Origin: a virus
Lineage: Duplodnaviria; Caudoviricetes
Direction: 5' to 3' (one strand)
Length of the DNA: 47,140 bases
IMG/VR virus record: IMGVR_UViG_3300043036_000090
Coordinates: 1-47,140 of that record
Position 1 is the stretch's first letter; each line of letters opens with the position of its first letter. The notes below the pieces were generated by a model. That model saw only the letters and a list, made by a program, of their open reading frames with translations. It did not search any database and was not told where the DNA came from. Position numbers and translations under genes: made by a program. Positions 9,602-18,600 of this stretch are shown piece by piece.

Positions 9602-11020
9602 TTACCAAGGTACTTGAAATTGCCCATTTTCGTTTAACCTAACCGCATTCTTGGTAAAATAGTTTGCAGTATCAGAGGTGTTTCTTATTGCACCAAATGC
9701 CCCTCCAAGTATTATCCTAGGAGAAAATAAAGTCTTTTCAGCATCTACTGTTCTTAGTATTCGCCCTTCTGGAACTGATGGAATGAATTGATTAATATAA
9801 GGGAATGACGTATCTCGTGTACCATTGCTAGATACAGGGTTATGCCTTTGGATGCTATATTGCCAATCTCCCACAACCAAAACTTTTCCATCTACTTGAA
9901 ATTTAATATCATATACAGTACCATAGATAAGTGGGTCAGGCACTTGTATTCTAATTCTTGAATCAGCTTCTAAAACAACAAAACCTTTATAATCATATCT
10001 AACACCAGTCGTGTTCTCAACTTCGCTAAACGCGCCACCTACCCATAAATAATTCTGGAAGTCTCTTCTTATTACTTTTCTGCTTTGATTGTCTAGAGGA
10101 AAGAATCTAGGAATAGCCACATTGGCATATTCCATTGATGAAGTTAACTTAAGCATCCCATATTTTTGAACAAAGATAGTATCCTCTTCAGCTGGGTCAA
10201 AGTAAGCTATCTGCCCAAATGAGCCAACAACATAAATGCTTCCATCAGAATTTGTTACAGTATCCGTTGGAAGTCCGCTTACAAAAGTCATTTTACCTAA
10301 TGTTGATTGAGCAAAAGAACCATCATTGTTAATTCTTAATACAAATCCAACGTTGGTTGAAATTCCCTTGTTTTTATAAGTATAGAAATTTCCCGTTACG
10401 CATACATTAAAAATGCTTGGAGTAATATATCCAGATAATTTAATCGACTCAACCTGCCCATTAATTCCATCTCCTGATTGAAAATTAGAATTAACAGTCA
10501 TATCTCTATTAGTAATAATAAAATTATTTGCGGTTATTGTAACGCCTTTAATTGTATATGTAGAAAATGAGCCGCCAATCCATAATGTGTTGTCGGGCAT
10601 TAATGTGACGCATTTGACTGCCCCATTAAAACCGTCCCCATAATTCATTTTTAATTTATCTACATATCCATTAGCGTCCAGCAATACAATTCTGTTGTAA
10701 GAATAATTGTCGTATGTAGTAAATTCTCCAACAAACATCATTGACCCATCGGAATGGTAGATGCAATCGTTTACTGGATTATTAAACTTTAAAGAATGAA
10801 GAGGCATAATATCTCGCTTAGTAATGAGCTGATTATTAGCGCGCAAAGATATGCCGCCGCCTGTATAAATATTCCACCTAGCTAGTGCTGTGTCTTTTCT
10901 TACTCCTCTGTCAAATCTTGTGTTAGATTGCCCTGCTTTTAAAGGTAATCGAGAAACATTATCTGCTCCATCGGTATCTGTAAATATTTCATTCTCAGCA
11001 ATGTTGTCCCAATTAGCCAT
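9602..11020 (-). CDS. Beta-propeller (delta-60/DUF5122-like repeat) protein, putative adhesin/receptor-binding protein
   Basis: Repeats such as DGSMMFVGEFTTY, DNTLWIGGSFSTY, DGKVLVVGDW and GFNGAV, plus RLNENG-type turns. Confidence 0.65.
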   Translation of the reverse strand: MANWDNIAENEIFTDTDGADNVSRLPLKAGQSNTRFDRGVRKDTALARWNIYTGGGISLRANNQLITKRDIMPLHSLKFNNPVNDCIYHSDGSMMFVGEFTTYDNYSYNRIVLLDANGYVDKLKMNYGDGFNGAVKCVTLMPDNTLWIGGSFSTYTIKGVTITANNFIITNRDMTVNSNFQSGDGINGQVESIKLSGYITPSIFNVCVTGNFYTYKNKGISTNVGFVLRINNDGSFAQSTLGKMTFVSGLPTDTVTNSDGSIYVVGSFGQIAYFDPAEEDTIFVQKYGMLKLTSSMEYANVAIPRFFPLDNQSRKVIRRDFQNYLWVGGAFSEVENTTGVRYDYKGFVVLEADSRIRIQVPDPLIYGTVYDIKFQVDGKVLVVGDWQYSIQRHNPVSSNGTRDTSFPYINQFIPSVPEGRILRTVDAEKTLFSPRIILGGAFGAIRNTSDTANYFTKNAVRLNENGQFQVPW

Positions 11021-11021
11021 A

Positions 11022-13175
11022 TTACATTCCTAATTTAGCTTTTAACAATCTAACCTCTTCCTCTAATTGAGCAATCTTAATAGTGTGAATATTGGTATAA
11101 TTTAGGCTTAGATATTCTCCTTCTGCGTTAACAAAGTCAGGGCATATATCTTGAACTTGCTGAGCAGAATATCCATAATGTATAGCATTCTTACTATCTG
11201 ACTTTAATGTATATTTAATAACATTAAGCGAAGATAAGTCAACTATTAAATTGACGGATAATACATTCTTTAAGCGAATATCTGACGATTCAAAGAACCC
11301 ACCAGACGCTCCTACTGAACCTTCAATTCTTAGGCGATAACCTTCTAGGGAAGCTCCGTTTGTCCCTATTCCAACACCAATTCCAGTTGCAGTATATGGA
11401 TATGAGCTAGACCCGCTCCAAAAGTTAGAACCCCCTCCGCCACTTCCTGTAATATTAACTCCGTTTACAAATAATGAACCGCTAATAGAAACTGTTCCAG
11501 ACATTCCAATTGTGCTACCATCGTCAGTAATATTAGAATTTGTCAAAGAAGTTCCACCGCTCCATTTTGCAATATAGTTAGTTGTTCCTCCGCCTGATAA
11601 GCCACCAGAGCCTCCCCCAATTGCAACTCCATTTACAAAAAATCCAGCTCCAGAGCCAACAACGTTTACCCCTCCACCTATAGTTAAGTAGTTAGTTCCA
11701 CTAGATGGTGGAGCTGTATTAATACCTATTCTGCCAAAGTTTTCTCTAATGTTAGAATCAATAATGTTGGTAGCTGTGTTATACAATGGAATATTGTAAG
11801 CAGTGCCTCCACCTGTAATAGTTCCAGTTCCTCCACCTCCGCCAATAGTAACTCCGTTTACCTGAAAACTTCCTGTAATGTTCACATTGCCGTTTACCTG
11901 AAGCCTGCCTCCTCCTGATACTCCTGAGCTTGTGCCTACGAGTAAGTTAAGCGAGCTATTAAGCCTCATTGCTTCGCCTGTGCCGATAAACCAAGCATAG
12001 GTAGACGAAGAGAAGCCCATAGGAATAGTACCTGTGATACCAGTACCATTATGAGCAATATATGATGGAGCGTCATCTGCCCCTAAGATGCTTCCTAAGA
12101 AGAAACCAAATCTTCTGCTAGTATTAAGCTCAATATCTATTCCGTAAAATGGACTAGATGTTTTAATTCCAATTTGAGAACCAGTATCGTATATCTGACT
12201 ATTTCCAATAGAAGTTGCCCCCGTAAACTTAGTCATATAATTTGTCGTACCAGAACCTGTAATGCCGCTAACTCCTACCTCGTCTGTAAACGTAGTTGTA
12301 ATGGTTGACAAGTCTTTCTTTGTAATCGTAATTGTCTTGGTTGTTGTACCCGTTACAGTTACCGAGCTAATATCATTGTCATCGGTGTACTTTTTGCTCG
12401 TAATATGAGTTGTAGTAGTAGGCAACAAAGGCACATTAGCATTTAAACTAAACGTCCAAGTATTCTCCGCAGTAACTCCTGTAGAGAATCCCATTACGGG
12501 AGCATTTAATTTGAACGTAGTGTTGTTCCAGAATAACTTAGCGTTGTTCTGTGTTAGCTGAGTCTGCGAGCTAAAGATAATTGAGCCTTCTGTAAATGCC
12601 GCGTAAGCGTCTACTAATCCAGTATCATCTACATATAGCGGACGCTTGTAGATGATGGCAGGAGTGGGCGTTATTGCAGTTTTAGAGATATTCAAATACG
12701 GCACTACAATAGTTTGCAGAACAGCGTCTCCTAAGAATATATCCCCGTACAGCGAAGACGTAGAGTCTCCAATTGTAAAGGCAAAGTTTCTTCCGTTTAG
12801 TTTGTATCCAAAGTTTGACTTTAGGTTACTAACATTAATGCTATTTTGATTGACATCAAATGCAAATTGAGGAGACTTTGTATTTAAACCTATTCTTCTA
12901 TTACTTTCGTATAGAATAGAATTGTCAAAGTTGTCTCGTGTAGAATTTACTTTCACCAAGTAATTCTCATCAGCATCTATCGTTAACTTAACCGTCTCTG
13001 TGGTGGCGTTTGTAATAATATTCGTTGTCGCAGCACGAGATGCTGGAACGGACATTACAGCAGCCGCTTGTGTAACAGTAGTTTGCGAAGTAGTAAAAGC
13101 ATCAGCGGGTATTGTAACAACGTTTCCGCTATTATCAATACCCATTAAGCCCACTACATTAGATGGTAATGCCAT
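11022..13175 (-). CDS. Tail fibre with C-terminal intramolecular chaperone (Peptidase S74-like)
   Basis: Gly/Thr-rich GTTNYIAKW repeats. SDIRLKN cleavage motif followed by YGYSAQQV and a terminal coiled coil. Confidence 0.8.
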   Translation of the reverse strand: MALPSNVVGLMGIDNSGNVVTIPADAFTTSQTTVTQAAAVMSVPASRAATTNIITNATTETVKLTIDADENYLVKVNSTRDNFDNSILYESNRRIGLNTKSPQFAFDVNQNSINVSNLKSNFGYKLNGRNFAFTIGDSTSSLYGDIFLGDAVLQTIVVPYLNISKTAITPTPAIIYKRPLYVDDTGLVDAYAAFTEGSIIFSSQTQLTQNNAKLFWNNTTFKLNAPVMGFSTGVTAENTWTFSLNANVPLLPTTTTHITSKKYTDDNDISSVTVTGTTTKTITITKKDLSTITTTFTDEVGVSGITGSGTTNYMTKFTGATSIGNSQIYDTGSQIGIKTSSPFYGIDIELNTSRRFGFFLGSILGADDAPSYIAHNGTGITGTIPMGFSSSTYAWFIGTGEAMRLNSSLNLLVGTSSGVSGGGRLQVNGNVNITGSFQVNGVTIGGGGGTGTITGGGTAYNIPLYNTATNIIDSNIRENFGRIGINTAPPSSGTNYLTIGGGVNVVGSGAGFFVNGVAIGGGSGGLSGGGTTNYIAKWSGGTSLTNSNITDDGSTIGMSGTVSISGSLFVNGVNITGSGGGGSNFWSGSSSYPYTATGIGVGIGTNGASLEGYRLRIEGSVGASGGFFESSDIRLKNVLSVNLIVDLSSLNVIKYTLKSDSKNAIHYGYSAQQVQDICPDFVNAEGEYLSLNYTNIHTIKIAQLEEEVRLLKAKLGM

Positions 13176-13219
13176 TATAATTCTTTATTGTGCAAGTAAA
13201 GTTACGCAGTATTTTCCTA

Positions 13220-13606
13220 TTAAGGAAGCTCTTCTGGCGCAGGTACTGATGCAGGAAATGCCTCTGGCATAAAAGGAGGGATAGGAGCCCACGGGAGTGG
13301 CAAATTTACTATCGGCGGGTTACGCTGATTATCAATTTGTGCTACCAAGTTATCGTCTACGCCAACAGTTGACGGAGACTCAGATACCCAGTCGATAACC
13401 ATCTGCTCAGTAACTTCTTCGTAAGGAGTGAATGATGCAGGATGAGGCGCAACAACAGATACTGTTCCGTACCAACGTGCGTTAAAGTTGTCGTCTGAAA
13501 CAGCAAGTTTCTCGCAATGAATAACGCTGATAACGTTTGTTAAATTGTCGAGCGAGGGAATTGTGTCCAAAGCTAAGATGTTCCAATGTGATGTAATTGA
13601 TGTCAT
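13220..13606 (-). CDS. Tail-fibre-associated hypothetical protein
   Basis: 128 aa with FTPYEEVTEQMVIDWV...LPLPW motif, of a kind commonly found beside fibre genes. Confidence 0.5.
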   Translation of the reverse strand: MTSITSHWNILALDTIPSLDNLTNVISVIHCEKLAVSDDNFNARWYGTVSVVAPHPASFTPYEEVTEQMVIDWVSESPSTVGVDDNLVAQIDNQRNPPIVNLPLPWAPIPPFMPEAFPASVPAPEELP

Positions 13607-13608
13607 AT

Positions 13609-14643
13609 TTATTTTTGTTTTAAAATTTCTATTTCTGCTTTTAATTCTTGTATGGCTTTGACTAGGACGGGAACTAAGTCTGTAGAAGACATTCCTAAAA
13701 TGTCTTCATATGCATAGTTTACAATCTCTGGCATTTGTTCTTGCACGTCTTGAGCAATAAAACCAATTCTATCTGCATTGTCATTGTCATCTGTTAAATA
13801 ATTAAACCTAATGGGGGATATTGACAATATTTCACTTAATCCGTAATTTAAATTTTCAATATTCTTTTTGACTCTTCTATCACTCCACGCAGCCCAAGAA
13901 GTACCTCCATTGGCAACATATACTCCGCCTCCGCCTCCAGTTGAACCGATTATAGCAAATGAAGAAGTTCCAGACTTAGGGCCAACTGCCCAATCAACTC
14001 CTCCTGCATAACATAAAGTTAATCTAGCATCTTGAGTGTTCTCTGTACCCATAGCAACATTACCATTTGCTGTAATCTGTATTGCTACGGTATTAGCTTG
14101 GCTAGATAAATTTGCAAAGTTTCCTGAATCTCCTCCTGATTTATTGTAAGTTGACACGCCAATAGTAGCCGAACCTCCAGCATTTGCTCTAAAGAAAGCA
14201 GCAGATGCAGTTGTATTATTTGCAGTAGTAATAGCTTCAAATGTAGAATTATTATTATTATTCTGTAACGTACCTACTCTAATCCTCTGGCTACCTCCTG
14301 CCGTTGATGCTTCTAATAAATAAGTTGGAGAAGTTGATGCTCCAATACCTACGTTGCCAGCTGCAGTAATTACAGCTCTTAAAGTATTTGAAGTACCAAA
14401 CCTAAGCATATAGTCGGAGTCTTCCTGAATATAAGATTTAACTGTAGTACCATCATACCATCTAACCCCTGCGAAGAATCCTCCAGTTGCATTTCTTGCT
14501 AATGAAAGATATGGCTGTTGTTGAACTGCCCCATCTCCAATCATTAAGTTAGTTAGCGGACTCTGCGTCCCCACCCCAACTCGTCCTGATGAATCGACAT
14601 AGACTCCATTAACTAAATTTCCTAATTGAGTATTCTTTGACAT
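13609..14643 (-). CDS. Short tail fibre with S74-like chaperone
   Basis: GNVGIG repeats, SDRRVKKN, IGFIAQDV, LVKAIQEL. Confidence 0.8.
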   Translation of the reverse strand: MSKNTQLGNLVNGVYVDSSGRVGVGTQSPLTNLMIGDGAVQQQPYLSLARNATGGFFAGVRWYDGTTVKSYIQEDSDYMLRFGTSNTLRAVITAAGNVGIGASTSPTYLLEASTAGGSQRIRVGTLQNNNNNSTFEAITTANNTTASAAFFRANAGGSATIGVSTYNKSGGDSGNFANLSSQANTVAIQITANGNVAMGTENTQDARLTLCYAGGVDWAVGPKSGTSSFAIIGSTGGGGGVYVANGGTSWAAWSDRRVKKNIENLNYGLSEILSISPIRFNYLTDDNDNADRIGFIAQDVQEQMPEIVNYAYEDILGMSSTDLVPVLVKAIQELKAEIEILKQK

Positions 14644-14644
14644 A

Positions 14645-15661
14645 TTACTTTGCTTTTAATAATTCTATTTCTTGTTTAGCGGATGTTAAGTCGGCAGAGA
14701 GTTCTTGGATGGCCTTAACCATTACAGGAACAATTTTAGAATAATCTACACCTTGCATTTGTTCTCCGTCTTTTACTCCGTTTACTGCATAAGGCAAAAC
14801 TTCTTGTAATTCGTGAGCAAGCACACCATCCATTCTGCTATCTGATGCTTTCCATTTGTAGTCATAAACTTTAATAGCAGAAACTTTCTCTAATCCATTA
14901 ATTGGTTTTAAGTCTTCTTTTAAACGATAATCTGAAGTAGTGTTATATGATGTCGTTGTTCCACTACCTGTAATAGAGCCTATAGAACCATTATTATTCT
15001 TAAATTCAATAAACGCCCAGTATCCTGTACCAAAAACATTAAAAATTCCTGCACCAAAGTTATTTATTGAAACTCCTACAGCTCCATAAGTTGATGTTCC
15101 GAATAAAACTTTACTATCCGAAGTAATCCGCATACGTTCGGCACCATTATGATACATAACTAAAGCATTTTCGTTACTTAATGCTGTTATTGCTGAATAC
15201 AAACCTCCATTAATGTAGAACCTAAGTTGACTATTAAATCCAGTAGCTGCATCAAGTGTTAGGATTGAGTAGTCAACACCTTTTATGTGTAATAATGAAG
15301 CAGGCGAAGTCGTTCCAATTCCTACGTTGCCATTAGGAAAACTAATAGTATTAGTACCTGCTATATTAGCAATTAAAGCCGTTCCCGCAGCAGAATACAA
15401 TGAATAATCAAAAGCACTACCAGTAATTCCCCTCATTGTCAATCCGACTACCGAATGTTTTGTAATTGTTCCAGCAGTTGCTTGAGGAGTATCATTTGTG
15501 TTAAAAAATAATCCAGCATTAGTAACACTACTCGAAAACTTCCCCGCCCCCGTGACATCCAAAGCTACGGTTGGGCTGCCATTATTTATGCCTAACCTAT
15601 TATTAACCGTATCAGCGGTGAGGACATTGGTTAAACTATATTGATTCGATATTTTTGTCAT
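14645..15661 (-). CDS. Short tail fibre with S74-like chaperone
   Basis: GNVGIGTTSP, ERMRIT, SDYRLKED, VDYSKIVPVMVKAIQEL. Confidence 0.82.
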   Translation of the reverse strand: MTKISNQYSLTNVLTADTVNNRLGINNGSPTVALDVTGAGKFSSSVTNAGLFFNTNDTPQATAGTITKHSVVGLTMRGITGSAFDYSLYSAAGTALIANIAGTNTISFPNGNVGIGTTSPASLLHIKGVDYSILTLDAATGFNSQLRFYINGGLYSAITALSNENALVMYHNGAERMRITSDSKVLFGTSTYGAVGVSINNFGAGIFNVFGTGYWAFIEFKNNNGSIGSITGSGTTTSYNTTSDYRLKEDLKPINGLEKVSAIKVYDYKWKASDSRMDGVLAHELQEVLPYAVNGVKDGEQMQGVDYSKIVPVMVKAIQELSADLTSAKQEIELLKAK

Positions 15662-15682
15662 AATATTATGTATTACTTATTT

Positions 15683-18600
15683 TTAATTTCCTCCAGTTCT
15701 AGTTAGCCAAAATTGAGCTCCAAGTGTTCCAGCTCCAACATTTTGATATACTTGGATGCTGTTTCCGCTTACTTGAATATTTCCTGAACCTTGTACAGCA
15801 GTACCTCCAATAACCAAAGCTCCACCTCCTCCATTATATGCTTTGTTAAAAGAACATACACCTGAAGCGTGAGTACCTGTAGTATGAAAATAAAACATTC
15901 CAGACATAATATCAGAAGCGTTAAATGTGTAAACTGTAGTCCAACTAGCTTGCGGTAATGCAAAACTTCCGTAATTACTAGTTATAGCTCCATTGACCTG
16001 TAAAGTACTGCTAGGCGAACTTGTTCCAATCCCAACATTCCCCCCACTCGTAATCCGCATTTTTTCTGATGGATTTGCTGCACCTGTGCTTGTAGCAAAT
16101 GATAAATAAGTGTTTCCACCTCCTGTGTGAGAGCCAGTAATAGAAGCATAGTGATTATTATCACCACCAATTAATAATACAGAAGTTCCACCTGCTGAAC
16201 CAGGAGTACCGTTTCTTAATGCCAACCTTACATTAGCAATAGTTCCTCCAAAGCCATCACTTGGCGAACTAGTTCCAATACCTACGTTGCCTGCGGAGGT
16301 AATCCTCATGCGTTCATTGCCTAATGTTTGAAATACAATGTCATTGCTAGTAGCTCCAATATAAGCTGAATACGTTGAGTTGCTTGCGTTTAATGACATT
16401 CCACAAGTTGTATTTGATGAAATTAAAACTACTTGTTCTAAATTGCCACCTGACACGACTAAACTTCTATTAGGCGAACTCGTTCCAATTCCTACGTTGC
16501 CAGCAGCAGTAATACGCATACGTTCGTTTAACGTAGCAGCATTACCACCAGTACCGCTTACTGCTGTGTAAAATACGTGGTTTCCTGTCCCATCAATAGA
16601 ATACTGCCCTGCTGTTCCTGTATTTAAATATGTCCAAGAACCTGCAGCGTTAAAATATGCATTCTGAGTTAAGAATAATGATGCATTAGTAGAATATGTA
16701 ATTAAAGAGCCATTTACTAAGTTTAATCCTTTAAAATTATTAAACCAAGTAGGAGGTGTTGCATTTATACCAACATTATTAGCATCTGCATAAATTATAC
16801 TATTCCCAACCGTACCACTAGCAGTAAACTTAGATACATAGTTTGCCGTACCGCTCCCTGACACACCATTAATTGATGAGTTGTATCGAATGGCTTGAAC
16901 TTGGTTGCCAACTACTGACGCATCTGTTAAGACAAACGTTGTTCCGTTAGTTGCTGTAAACTCAGCCGATGTTAACTTAGAACCGTTGACATACACATCT
17001 AACAAGCCAACTACATATCCACCACTTACCGTAAAGGTAGTCTGTGCCGCAGTTGCTGTGTAATCAATTACATCTCTTGAAGTAGGTAACGCTGCAATTG
17101 TGCTTGTATAATTTAATACCGTTACAGCATCGTTTAATAAAGCTCCTGTGCCAAGCACCACCGTCGTACCATTCGTTGCCGTATAGTCCGTTGGAAGTAA
17201 TCTTGCTCCGTTAATAAATACGTCAACCAAGCCTACTACGTATCCACCTGTTATGGTGAAGGTAGTTTGCCCAGCAGTAGCCGTAAAGTTTTGTTCTGCT
17301 CTAGCGGAGGCAGAAGGAGTAATTGTATAAGTTCTGTCCGCCGACAAGTCATACGTTGTACCGTTAATCGTAATCGTACGCGTTGTCGGAACACCACCCA
17401 ATCCAGCAAGAGTATATGTTGGAATGTTAAGTGTGTTAGAAGCTAATGTCGCAGAACCGCTTGAGCCTGTAGTGGTTAAAGTTGTGATTCTGTTTGTATA
17501 AGCAGTATCCCAGTTTGTGGCAGAACTTGTTGTTGGGATAACATATCCAGAAGTCAAGCTAAACACACCCGTTGTATTAGTGTATGTTAAGCCAGTTGCT
17601 GTTGAGGATAATGCTGTTAACGCAATGTAGTTATTAGGGTTAGTTGCATTATATGGCGTGTAGCCTAATACCGTTGTTAACTGAGCGTTCTTCCAAAGGC
17701 TAGTCGCGCTATCGTAGTAAACTAAGTCTTTATCAGCCTTAGAGGTAAGCAATACGTTATGAAGCTCTTCAAATTCAAAGCCATTCTGTACGTTAACAAA
17801 TATCTCTCCGTTGTTAGATTGAACTCTTGTTACAACACCGATAAACACCAAGTGTGCAGGAGCGACAGGCTTGTTGGCTAAGCCAAATATCAAGTTGCCC
17901 CCCGTACCTAACCATACTGGGTCTCCAGCAGTTGCAGTAGAAGTATCAAGTCCAGCGACAAGTCCCTCTGTAACAACCTTTACGATGTCGTTTGTAACTC
18001 CGCCAGTTTCTGTTAAACCAAGTACCTTTGAAGACGTAGCCTCCGAAGCATTAGATGCCGCAGAAACAATCATATTTGTACCGTCAGCACTTGAAACATA
18101 AACTGCCTTGCCCTTAGCAATCGTAGCCCCTAATTTAACATCGTGCTTAACTTGAGTTGCATAATTATCAATCCATTGTGTATTGTAATCAGTAGCATCA
18201 ATCTTAGATAATATCTGCCCAGCAGTTCCTCCAGCAGCTAATGTGCCAGAAACTGTCCAGCTTCTATTTGCTGTTAAGTCAAATGTTGTGCCGTTAATTG
18301 TTAACGTGCGAGCATTCGTTACAGGAGTATATCCTAGTGCAGTAGTTACATCTGAAGACGATAGGGTAATTGCCCCTGTTCTTGTATTGAAGCTAGTTAC
18401 TCCAGCAGCAACTGTTCCCCAACTTAATGTAGAACCATCTGTTGTTAAGTATTTCCCTCCGTTAGAAGTCTGCGAAGGGAAAGCCGCTACAAAAGTATAA
18501 GCGTCATCCCAGTTGCCCTGCTTAACAGTCGTAGGGATAGCATATCCAGTTGTCAAACTAAATACACCTGTTGTGTTAGTATATGTTAACCCAGTAGCTG

